From Deltaproteobacteria bacterium (GTDB lineage Bacteria; Desulfobacterota; Binatia; Binatales; Binataceae), in the NCBI GenBank assembly GCA_027317185.1, contig DAHVFB010000006.1, forward strand, positions 593-64,592: a stretch of DNA of 64,000 nt. Reading direction: 5' to 3'. The notes under the pieces were generated by a model. It was not told the origin of the DNA, did no database searches, and worked only from the letters and a program-made list of their open reading frames with translations. The position numbers and the translations under genes were made by a program. Below, one piece after another: positions 36,689 to 44,958 of this stretch; positions within the stretch are counted from its first letter, which is position 1, and the number at the start of each line of letters is the position of its first letter.

Positions 36689-37885
36689 ATGGAGACTGTA
36701 CTTGTAAACAGCACATCCGGTCTTGGCGCCACCGAGGTATATGGCCGACCGTTACTCGAACGGATATTGATTCAATGTGAGCGCGTCGGCATCACCCGTT
36801 TCTTGGTTGAGATCGGCCCCGCCGGTCGCGGCGCCACTATCGAGGCGATGGGTAGTTTTGAGAATCGAGACGGAATTTCCCTGGTGGAGTCTTTCCAGTC
36901 CTTATTGGATGGTTCAGGTGTGATCGCTTCTGAACCGTGTCTGATGATCTCCGATAACGTCGTTTTCAGCCGGGCGCAACTGGATGCATTGTTGAAGTTG
37001 CACGCGACCAATCCCTCGGGGGTGACTCGGTTGCGCAGCCAAGACGATCACGCCGAGGGGATTTTCGCGACTGGCCCGCTAACCCACCTGTTGACGGATT
37101 TAGAATCACATTCCGCGCTCGAATTCAAAAACTCTTATCTCCCGGTCGCCCTTAGGAACTCACCGTCCAATCTGGGAGAAGCGCAACGGAGGCTGGCTCT
37201 TGCGCTGCGTAATGAAACCGCCGACAGCGACGGTATCCTTGCCCGCGCCTTCGATCGAAGACTTTCGTGGCGGCTGAGTTCCCGGCTGGCGAATACGCGA
37301 ATCACCCCCAATCAGGTGACCCTGGCGAACACTGCGATCGGCCTCGCGGCCGCCGCCATGTTTGCCGCGCCAGGCTACTGGTGGCGATTGTGGGCTTCGC
37401 TTTTGTTTCTCGTATCGGTGACGATCGACGGTGTCGACGGCGAGGTGGCGCGGCTGAAAATGGCCGAGACCCCGTTCGGCGGAATGCTCGATAAGATCAC
37501 CGATAACATCGTCAATGTCGCGATTTTTATCGGCCTGACGCTTGGATGCTATCGAATTAGCGGCAGCAAATCCTATTTTTATCTGCTTGGAATTCTTCTG
37601 ATTGGATTTGGCTTCTGTGCTATTTCCGTCGCTCGCGCTTTCAGCGTGAGCGGCCCTCGCGCCGAACAATTTATCGGCAAGGTCGATCGGGTAACGGGCC
37701 GGGATTTCGCCTATATATTGGTAGTGTTGGCACTTGTGAATCGGCTGCCTATATTTGCCTGGGGGGCAGCATTTGGTACTTACGTATTTGCATTTGTGCT
37801 GTGGATACTTACAGACAGATATTCTTCTTACGATGGGAGCCGTTCACGATCGCATGAAACCCCTGCGGTCGCGGAGGAAGTATGA
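36689..37885 (+). CDS. fusion protein: degenerate nucleotidyltransferase-like N-domain + CDP-alcohol phosphatidyltransferase (IPCT/DIPPS-like architecture)
   Basis: The C-terminal half carries the CDP-alcohol motif DGVDGEVARL(x8)GGMLDKITD and about 6 TM segments. The N-terminal 170 aa keeps the NTP-transferase fold pattern (GLG...YGRPLLERILIQCERVGITRFLV) but lacks the GxGxRL...K signature. Confidence 0.85.
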   Translation: METVLVNSTSGLGATEVYGRPLLERILIQCERVGITRFLVEIGPAGRGATIEAMGSFENRDGISLVESFQSLLDGSGVIASEPCLMISDNVVFSRAQLDALLKLHATNPSGVTRLRSQDDHAEGIFATGPLTHLLTDLESHSALEFKNSYLPVALRNSPSNLGEAQRRLALALRNETADSDGILARAFDRRLSWRLSSRLANTRITPNQVTLANTAIGLAAAAMFAAPGYWWRLWASLLFLVSVTIDGVDGEVARLKMAETPFGGMLDKITDNIVNVAIFIGLTLGCYRISGSKSYFYLLGILLIGFGFCAISVARAFSVSGPRAEQFIGKVDRVTGRDFAYILVVLALVNRLPIFAWGAAFGTYVFAFVLWILTDRYSSYDGSRSRSHETPAVAEEV

Positions 37886-39207
37886 AAAAGCCGCGTATCC
37901 TATTGATTCAGCCAACTACCGTTCATCTGGACGGCACTCCGCATAAAACCCGTTGGCGCTTGATCATGGGGCTGATGATCCCCCTGATGGCCGGGCTGAC
38001 GCCACCCGAATACGACGTCACGCTGTGCGACGAGCGCCTGGAAGATCTCGATTTCGACGCCAAATGGGACCTGGTGGGGATGACAACCACTATCGGCGCC
38101 TCACTGCGCGCGTATCAACTCGGCGATGAGTACCGCAAGCGCGGCATCCCGGTTGTCATGGGAGGATTCCACGCCACCCTCCAGCCCGAAGAGGCGCTAA
38201 AGCATGCCGACGCGGTGGTGCAGGGAGAAGCCGACCTGGTTTGGGCGGGACTATTGCAGGATTGGCAAGACGGAAAGCTCAAGCGGATTTATAAGGCCGA
38301 TAAGCTGCACGATTTGAAGAATCTGCCGCGTCCGCGCCATGAACTGCTGAAGCTGAACCGTTATCTGTTCAAATGCGCACCGATTCAGGCCAGCCGCGGA
38401 TGTCCCTATCGCTGCTCGTTCTGCGAAATTCCAGTCTTTTACAATGGCAGCTACCGCACGCGGCCGATCGAAGACATCGTCGAGGAAATGAAACAGGTGA
38501 TGCAGGTTACCGGCATCCGCCGCTTCCAGTTCATCGACGACCAGATCACCGGCAAACATAAGTTCGCCAAGGAGTTGTTCAAGGCGCTAATACCCCTGAA
38601 CATCCGCTTTTCCTGTCTATGGACGGTCAACTCCAACCATGACGAGGATTTGTTGGAACTGGCGGCGAAAGCCGGCGTGTTCCACGTCAATATCGGGGTC
38701 GAATCGATCAGCCAGGAAAGCCTGCTGTCGATGAATAAAATTCAGAACCACGTCGATCAGTACAAGAAACTGCTGGCGCGGCTCGAGAAGCACGGCATCT
38801 ATTATTCGCTGAATTTCCTGTTTGGCCTCGAAGAGGACCATCCGGGCATTTTCGACGACACGCTCAAATTCCTGCATGAGGTTAAGGCGCCCGAGGCCTT
38901 TTTCAATACGGTCACGCCCCGGCGCGGCACCCCGATGCGCACCATGCTCGAGAACGAAGGCCGCGTCATCATCCCGGATGCCGACATGTACACCAATAAC
39001 TTTCGCTGCATGTTCGTGCCGAAGAAAATGTCTCCGCAGCAGGTCGAAGAGGGCGTTTGGCGCTGCACCAAGGAATTCTATTCGCTCAAATCGATGTTTA
39101 AGCGGCTGCTGATGCCGCCCGGTAAGTTCACCTGGCAGGGACTTACGGAGAATATGTTGTTCTACTATGGCGCCAAGCGGCAGGTCGATCCGGTGGATTA
39201 TTATTAG
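37882..39207 (+). CDS. B12-binding-domain radical SAM protein (class B)
   Basis: N-terminal cobalamin-binding-like domain (DLVGMTTTIGASLRAYQLGDEYRKRGIPVVMGGFHAT) and rSAM cluster ASRGCPYRCSFCEI. ATGA overlap with the upstream gene. Confidence 0.9.
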   Translation: MKKPRILLIQPTTVHLDGTPHKTRWRLIMGLMIPLMAGLTPPEYDVTLCDERLEDLDFDAKWDLVGMTTTIGASLRAYQLGDEYRKRGIPVVMGGFHATLQPEEALKHADAVVQGEADLVWAGLLQDWQDGKLKRIYKADKLHDLKNLPRPRHELLKLNRYLFKCAPIQASRGCPYRCSFCEIPVFYNGSYRTRPIEDIVEEMKQVMQVTGIRRFQFIDDQITGKHKFAKELFKALIPLNIRFSCLWTVNSNHDEDLLELAAKAGVFHVNIGVESISQESLLSMNKIQNHVDQYKKLLARLEKHGIYYSLNFLFGLEEDHPGIFDDTLKFLHEVKAPEAFFNTVTPRRGTPMRTMLENEGRVIIPDADMYTNNFRCMFVPKKMSPQQVEEGVWRCTKEFYSLKSMFKRLLMPPGKFTWQGLTENMLFYYGAKRQVDPVDYY

Positions 39208-39241
39208 ACGCCACGCTGACGCACTTTCCTAATTAACCCGC

Positions 39242-39284
39242 GGGAGCGGAAAGCGATGCAGGCTTTCCGCTCCCGTTTTTGTTT
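39242..39284 (+). terminator. Rho-independent terminator of the CDP-alcohol transferase/rSAM unit
   Basis: Perfect 13-bp stem GGGAGCGGAAAGC / GCTTTCCGCTCCC with a 7-nt loop, followed by TTTTTGTTT. It starts 35 nt after the stop codon. Confidence 0.85.
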
Positions 39285-39288
39285 GCGG

Positions 39289-39312
39289 CAAAAACCTTCC
39301 CAAAAACCTTCC
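39289..39312. repeat. perfect tandem duplication of a 12-mer (CAAAAACCTTCC x2)
   Basis: Read directly from the sequence: 39289..39300 equals 39301..39312. Confidence 0.9.
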
Positions 39313-39460
39313 GTAGATACTCCATCCATCAGGGCGTATCCGCCACTCGATATCCACTCGCGTAACTTGGCCCGTCAATTGCGTTCTCGAACGATCAAAA
39401 CTCGGGACGAGAATTCGATGGCACATCATTCCCCATCGAAAGGGGGATCAAGGAGATCAG

Positions 39461-39781
39461 ATGGATACGCAACCCTTCAAAGAAGCAGTTGATGAGACCC
39501 GCGAGTATTTGCAAAACGGCGATGTTGGGGAAAGATTCACGCGTATCGGCCGCGACGCCTTCAACTATATGAGTTCGACCTCCCGGATGCGTGAAAACCC
39601 ATTCCCGGCGATCGGGCTCGCCTTCGGAGCCGGCTACTTTTTGGCCAAAATTTTGCGCGGCTGGACATTTCCAATTCTGGTCGGATTCGGGATTGGCGCG
39701 CTCGCGCGGCAGACCTCGGAGGGATCGATATCGAAGCGCGCAGGCTCGATGATCGATACTTCCGCCGCTTCGAAATTTTGA
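39461..39781 (+). CDS. DUF883/ElaB-YqjD-like membrane-anchored small protein
   Basis: RBS AAGGAG 6 nt upstream. Helical N-terminal part, then ENPFPAIGLAFGAGYFLAKIL, which resembles the ElaB/YqjD C-terminal anchor. Confidence 0.5.
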   Translation: MDTQPFKEAVDETREYLQNGDVGERFTRIGRDAFNYMSSTSRMRENPFPAIGLAFGAGYFLAKILRGWTFPILVGFGIGALARQTSEGSISKRAGSMIDTSAASKF

Positions 39782-39895
39782 TCGCCGGGGAAGCAGGCTA
39801 GATGCGCGCACGGACCGCTAGGGAATTTGGGAAAGTTATCTTAATGGCAGGGTCGCTGAATTGTTGTGGTGCCTTATGCCTGAAAAGTCGCGCGA

Positions 39896-42307
39896 TCAAA
39901 CCTTTCGTCTTTTGTCTGTGAGCGCTACCGCATAGTCGCGGCCTTCCCAGCGCGATTCTTCCGGCCAGTAGAAGGTGAAGCGCAGCGGCGAGCGATCGCC
40001 GGGCGCGGTTTCGAGATCGACGTAATCGATTCCGATCGCAGTGCCGCTGGAATGCGTGTCGTGAACCGGATTCCACTCACCCTGGCCCCAGTGTAGCGTG
40101 AAGGGTTTGGCCGCGATGATTTTGAGTCGGGTGCCGGCCACAATCAATTTGACCTGCCGGTTGGCTTTCCACACTTCGATCTTCTTCCGTTCGCCATTGT
40201 CCTGAAAGTGACGAACCACTTCCGGAATCAGATCGAACACCTGGCCGTCGCCGACCGAGCGCACCAGCTTGATATACTCGGCATGCGCCCACATCAGCGG
40301 CATCGCACTGCCGGTCGGACCGCCATAGGCAAGCAGCGCCTCGGGGTTGTCGGGTAAATCCCAAATCTGCTCGGGCAGCAGCCGAGTCGCAGTGGCGAAA
40401 CGTTCCAGAGCGCTGACGTATGGACGCGCATCGCGCCCCGCCGCCAGTTCATAATGGCCGCGCTCGCCGCATAGCAACGGCCACGGCCGTCCCACGCCCC
40501 AAACGTCGAATCCGCCGCCATCATCGCGCTGTCCATAGCCATCATGGGTATAGCGCAGCCAGCACGGACCGGCCGGGAAATCTTTTTTCAAAACCGCATC
40601 GACCACCCGCAGCGAATCTTCGATCAGCGGGTCGCCGGCTTTGCGGATTCCATAGCGCACCAGCTCGAGAAATCCCGCATCCACGATTTCCGCCGCCGGG
40701 AACAGCACGCGTTCTCCCGACTGGCGATTATGCACCAGTACCTGGCCGTGATCGGGATCTTCGTCGGGCTGATTATCGCCCGCGGCGATCGGATTGATGC
40801 GCACGAAGTGGCGGCTGATCCCGGGGACCAGGAAGCCCTGCCGAGTGACCGTCCAGGGTTCGATATGCCGATCGAGGAAATCGGCGTAGTCCTCGAGAAA
40901 TCCGGCGGTGGCTTCATCGCCGCGATCGCGGGCGAAGGCGGCGGCGCAGATCAGGGCGGCAATATTGCTCGCCAGGGTCGAGGGCGAAAATCCGCTGTTC
41001 TCTTCCCATCGATCCTGCGGCGTAACCGGCCCCTGTTCGATCAGGTATCGCGCCCCCGCGCGTACCATTGGATAGGGATCGAAGTCCGCCAGTCCGCCCC
41101 CGCGCGACAGACGCCACGCGAGCATAATCGGGAACGCCACTTCGTCGAGTTGGATTCCACGCCAGTATGGAATGCCATTGGTCCAGAAATTCTGCGGAAA
41201 CCCGCCATCGGCCTGCTGTGAGCAGGCAAGATAGATCAGCGCGCGCAGCGGTGTGACCAGATCGCCGGCCGCCAGCAGCCCGGTGGCGCTGTTCACCATG
41301 TCTCGCGTCCAGACCAGATGATAGCCGCCGAGGTCATCATCGCTCTTGATCTCGCCCCATGGGATGCTGAGCGAGGCGATCAACGCCCCCGGATAAACTT
41401 TATCCTCATGGGCCAGCAGCAACTCGATACTCTTGTGAAACAGCGCGCCGCCGTCGTTGGTGAACTGGGCCATCGGAATGAAATCGCGGCAGGCGCGATG
41501 CCATTGCTCCTGAAAGCGCTGCTTGTGCTGCGCATATGGAATACCCAGCGACTGAAAAAGCGTGGTCACGGATCGATGGAGGCTGTGTCCAAATGAAAGT
41601 CCGATGGTGAATTCACGCTGTTGCCGCAGATCGATCTCGCCGGTAAGCGCGATGTTACCGTCGGAGGCGGACGCGAATAGGTGGTTGAGTTTGAAATCGC
41701 CCGCCAGATCGTCCCATCCGTCACTGGTTCCGACGTAACCGCACGATCGCGCCACGAACGGCACGGTGGCCGCCAACGACAACCAGGTCTCGCCTTTATG
41801 CGCGATCAGGAAATCACGCCCGGCAATCGAGGCGCAATTGCCGTTGTTGTGCCATCCCCCAACTTCCAGATGCGGGGCCAGCAGCACGTAAAGGTGCAGC
41901 TTTGGCAGCAAATCGTCATCGGCTTCGAGCCGCGAATGGATTAACAAGCAGGGTTGATGCGGGTCGGCGATGGCCTCGCTGATGATTCGATAACGGCCCT
42001 CGCGATCGGCGTTGACAATGCGCACGCCCAGTCCGCATGAATCGAAATATTCGGTGCGCGACTCCATATGACGATGGACATCATGGAAAAAAGTTTTGCC
42101 GTCAGTGACCAGAAACTGCAGGTCGCGGACCTGCGGGCGGTCGATTGTCGGATAGTAAATTTCGCTTACCACCCCACCCGAAACGGTGAACCAGAGGCGG
42201 CTCGAAGTCGAATACGCGGTACTGACTACATCCTTCGCGCTATGAGTCCAACGCGGCGCGATGCCGGGTCCGCCAAAGGCTTGCGGTGAATTCTGGATGA
42301 TTGCCAC
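39896..42307 (-). CDS. glycoside hydrolase family 15 glucoamylase/glucodextranase-like enzyme
   Basis: Bacterial glucoamylase N-domain (GGPGIAPRWTHSAKD...YYPTIDRPQVRDLQFLV) and an (alpha/alpha)6 catalytic domain with LVWTRDMV and RWEENSGFSPSTLA. Size 803 aa. Confidence 0.9.
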   Translation of the reverse strand: MAIIQNSPQAFGGPGIAPRWTHSAKDVVSTAYSTSSRLWFTVSGGVVSEIYYPTIDRPQVRDLQFLVTDGKTFFHDVHRHMESRTEYFDSCGLGVRIVNADREGRYRIISEAIADPHQPCLLIHSRLEADDDLLPKLHLYVLLAPHLEVGGWHNNGNCASIAGRDFLIAHKGETWLSLAATVPFVARSCGYVGTSDGWDDLAGDFKLNHLFASASDGNIALTGEIDLRQQREFTIGLSFGHSLHRSVTTLFQSLGIPYAQHKQRFQEQWHRACRDFIPMAQFTNDGGALFHKSIELLLAHEDKVYPGALIASLSIPWGEIKSDDDLGGYHLVWTRDMVNSATGLLAAGDLVTPLRALIYLACSQQADGGFPQNFWTNGIPYWRGIQLDEVAFPIMLAWRLSRGGGLADFDPYPMVRAGARYLIEQGPVTPQDRWEENSGFSPSTLASNIAALICAAAFARDRGDEATAGFLEDYADFLDRHIEPWTVTRQGFLVPGISRHFVRINPIAAGDNQPDEDPDHGQVLVHNRQSGERVLFPAAEIVDAGFLELVRYGIRKAGDPLIEDSLRVVDAVLKKDFPAGPCWLRYTHDGYGQRDDGGGFDVWGVGRPWPLLCGERGHYELAAGRDARPYVSALERFATATRLLPEQIWDLPDNPEALLAYGGPTGSAMPLMWAHAEYIKLVRSVGDGQVFDLIPEVVRHFQDNGERKKIEVWKANRQVKLIVAGTRLKIIAAKPFTLHWGQGEWNPVHDTHSSGTAIGIDYVDLETAPGDRSPLRFTFYWPEESRWEGRDYAVALTDKRRKV

Positions 42308-42353
42308 GGGCAGTCCCTCCCCGCTGGACTATAAGAGACGCTGGCGGACGAGG

Positions 42354-43142
42354 CTAGGATTGCGCCACGGCCGGAGCTTCGGCGGGAAGCACGCGGAAAA
42401 AGTAAGCTACCAGGATACTGAGGCCGTAAAGCGCGAGCAGCGGAATCGCCAGCAGGAACTGCGAGATCATGTCAGGCGGTGTGAGCGCCGCAGCGACAAT
42501 GAAAATGATCAGAACGGCATAACGAACGTGGTGGATCATCATGCGATGGTCAACAATCCCCAAGCGGGTCAGAAACAGCGCGAGGATCGGCATCTCGAAG
42601 GTCAGTCCGAATGCCAGCAGCAGCTTCGATGCAAACGCCAGATACTCGCTGATACGGATGGTCGGCGTCACTCCGATACTCGCGTACTGATTGATAAAAA
42701 ACGCGAAGCCTACCTTGAACACCACCGCCCAGCAGAAGTAACCGCCGGTGACGAAGAACAAGGTCGAGAAGATCACGAAGGGGCGCGCCAATTTGCGCTC
42801 GCTGTCGTAGAGGCCGGGGGCGACGAACTTCCAGATCTCGTAAAACACCGCCGGGCTGGCGATAAATAATCCCGCGATCAATGCCACTTTGATTTTGGTG
42901 AAAAAAGCCTCGCCCACGCCGGTGCCGATCAGCAGCAGTTTGCCGCGCGCCACTTCGCGCAATGGCAGAGTGAGGAACGCGAAGAGCTGGTCGCAAATCG
43001 CGTATGCAATGATAAATCCCACCGCGAGCGCGATGACCACACGGATCAGGCGGGTGCGCAATTCCTTCAGATGCGCAATCAGGGGCATCCGGCCTTCGTC
43101 GGCGATCGAATCGATCGGTTGGCTCGGAAGATTGTTGGCCAT
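42354..43142 (-). CDS. tatC: twin-arginine translocase subunit TatC
   Basis: MPLIAHLKELRTRLIRVVIALAVGF... with six TM segments. It is adjacent to a tatA/B gene. Confidence 0.93.
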   Translation of the reverse strand: MANNLPSQPIDSIADEGRMPLIAHLKELRTRLIRVVIALAVGFIIAYAICDQLFAFLTLPLREVARGKLLLIGTGVGEAFFTKIKVALIAGLFIASPAVFYEIWKFVAPGLYDSERKLARPFVIFSTLFFVTGGYFCWAVVFKVGFAFFINQYASIGVTPTIRISEYLAFASKLLLAFGLTFEMPILALFLTRLGIVDHRMMIHHVRYAVLIIFIVAAALTPPDMISQFLLAIPLLALYGLSILVAYFFRVLPAEAPAVAQS

Positions 43143-43155
43143 CGGAATACGGCTG

Positions 43156-43446
43156 CTAGACCGCCGGCGAAGGCGGCTTTGGCTCGTCCGCGTTGGTTGC
43201 CTCGGCGGGCTTGGAACTTTCGACTGGTTGAGGCGGCGGCTTCAGCTCCGGACTCGGTGCGCGGTATGGCTTAAGGACGTCGGGCATATCGTCGACGGTG
43301 CTGGTCAATTCCCGCATCACGGTGTTGCTCGCCAGGCGCAACTCGCGCATCAAACGCCCCACCGTGACCAGCACCTCGGGCAGCTTTTCGGGCCCGATCA
43401 CGATTAGCGCGACGACCAATACGATGCCAATTTCGACTATGCTCAA
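43156..43446 (-). CDS. tatA: twin-arginine translocase TatA/TatB-family protein
   Basis: IVEIGIVLVVALIVIGPEKLPEVLVTVGRLMRELR: TM, hinge Gly-Pro and amphipathic helix, followed by a Pro-rich tail. TTG start. Confidence 0.85.
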   Translation of the reverse strand: MSIVEIGIVLVVALIVIGPEKLPEVLVTVGRLMRELRLASNTVMRELTSTVDDMPDVLKPYRAPSPELKPPPQPVESSKPAEATNADEPKPPSPAV

Positions 43447-43545
43447 AGCTGAAAACCGTGATTCAAGATTTAACGCACTGGCGTGGCCATCGCCAGCCGC
43501 ACGAGATCTATTTAATGATCGTGATCGTCTGACGAGGTGTCAACG

Positions 43546-44568
43546 ATGCTTAAAACCGCACTGATAACCGACCGCCGTTATACCGCGCATCGTCCAGGCA
43601 GCGCCCATCCGGAACGACCGGAGCGGGTCGAGGCCATGATCGAAATGGCCGACGGGCTCAGGCGCGATGAACTTAAGTTTATTGCGCCGCGCGAGGCTGA
43701 GCTCGACGAACTTGAACTGTGCCACGAGCGCGATTATATCGCGTCGGTGGCGCGCACGGCCGGACTTGATCACTATGCCTTCGATCCGGATACGCGGACT
43801 TCGCCCGAATCCTTTCGTATCGCGCTGCTGGCGGCTGGCGGCGTGCTGACGGCGGTCGAGGCGGTACTCGAAGGCGTGGTAGACAACGCCTTCGCGATCG
43901 TGCGTCCTCCGGGTCATCATGCGCTCCCCGCGCGGGCGATGGGATTCTGTCTGTTCAACAACGTCGCGATCGCCGCCGCCTGGCTGCTCCAGCGGCGCGG
44001 TCTCAAGCGTGTCGCGATCGTCGATTGGGACGTGCATCATGGCAACGGCACGCAGGAGATCTTCTACTACTCGCCGGACGTGCTCTACGTTTCGACCCAT
44101 CAGTTCCCGCAATATCCCGGCACCGGCGCGGTCGATGAGATCGGCGAGGGTGCCGGCGCGGGCTACACGGTAAACATCCCGCTGCCGGCGCAGTTCGGTG
44201 ACGCCGAATATCTGCGTGCTTTCGACGAATTGATCGTCCCGGCGTGCCGCGAGTTCAAGCCTGAATTCATACTGGTGTCGGCGGGTTTCGATTGCCATTT
44301 CCGCGATCCCCTGGGCGCGATGCGCGTCACGGAGGCTGGCTTCGCAGGGATGATTCGGCGCCTGAAGCAAATCGCCGCCGAATGCTGCCGCGGCCGGATC
44401 GTAGCGGCGCTCGAAGGGGGCTACGATCTGAAGGCGCTGGCCGATTCCGGGCAGGCGGTCATCGAGGAACTGGGCCGCGAAACTGATGAGCCGATCGTGG
44501 CGGCTGCCGGGGGCGAAGCGGTGATGCCTGTCATCGAGCGTGCGCGGCGCGCCCACGCCCGAATTTGA
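43546..44568 (+). CDS. histone deacetylase-family (acetoin-utilisation/acetylpolyamine amidohydrolase-like) deacetylase
   Basis: RPPGHHA, DWDVHHGNGTQ and the GGY motif (LEGGYD). ATG 43546 has GAGG 8 nt upstream. Confidence 0.9.
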   Translation: MLKTALITDRRYTAHRPGSAHPERPERVEAMIEMADGLRRDELKFIAPREAELDELELCHERDYIASVARTAGLDHYAFDPDTRTSPESFRIALLAAGGVLTAVEAVLEGVVDNAFAIVRPPGHHALPARAMGFCLFNNVAIAAAWLLQRRGLKRVAIVDWDVHHGNGTQEIFYYSPDVLYVSTHQFPQYPGTGAVDEIGEGAGAGYTVNIPLPAQFGDAEYLRAFDELIVPACREFKPEFILVSAGFDCHFRDPLGAMRVTEAGFAGMIRRLKQIAAECCRGRIVAALEGGYDLKALADSGQAVIEELGRETDEPIVAAAGGEAVMPVIERARRAHARI

Positions 44569-44646
44569 ACTCTGACATGGAGAAGATTGCGCGCAATGCC
44601 AGCACCCTTTTTCCGCTGGATTACCACTTGGTCCATAGTACGGTAT

Positions 44647-44679
44647 TTGGTATTCCCAATTTCCAATATATAATGGGAA
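44647..44679 (+). promoter_or_regulatory. candidate vapBC promoter with an operator-like inverted repeat
   Basis: TTGGTA (44647..44652), 16 nt spacer, perfect TATAAT (44669..44674). The inverted repeat TTCCCA (44653..44658) / TGGGAA (44674..44679) brackets the -10. The -10 ends 5 nt before the first ATG. Confidence 0.35.
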
Positions 44680-44958
44680 ATGATGACCGCACAGTTGAAG
44701 TTGGATAAGGTGGGCCGAATCGTGCTTCCGAAGCAGGTGCGGGAAAAGCTGCAACTTGCCCCAGGCGATCAACTGGAATTGGAAAGCCAGGACGATTGCA
44801 TCACATTGCGCCCCTTGCGCGGTAATGCGCCGCTCAAAAAAAAGCATGGCGTTTGGGTCTTTCATACCGGTGAGCCGCTCTCAGCCGCGACGGTCGAGGA
44901 AACCCTCGAACAGGTTCGGCGTGAACGCGACAATTCAAATGCGGGACCACGCCGTTGA
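44680..44958 (+). CDS. vapB: AbrB/MazE/SpoVT-family antitoxin (VapB-type)
   Basis: LDKVGRIVLPKQVREKLQLAPGDQLELESQDDCITLRP is a swapped-hairpin SpoVT/AbrB motif. It overlaps the PIN toxin gene. Confidence 0.8.
   Translation: MMTAQLKLDKVGRIVLPKQVREKLQLAPGDQLELESQDDCITLRPLRGNAPLKKKHGVWVFHTGEPLSAATVEETLEQVRRERDNSNAGPRR

Noticed and set aside
39256-39492. 78-aa plus-strand ORF (and 39229..39429 on the minus strand) in the intergenic region
   Set aside because: It starts inside the terminator hairpin, has no RBS, and overlaps the well-supported DUF883-like start.
43540-44865. 441-aa minus-strand ORF
   Set aside because: It is antisense to the HDAC-family gene and the vapB promoter. It has low-complexity Arg/Ala-rich composition and no motifs.
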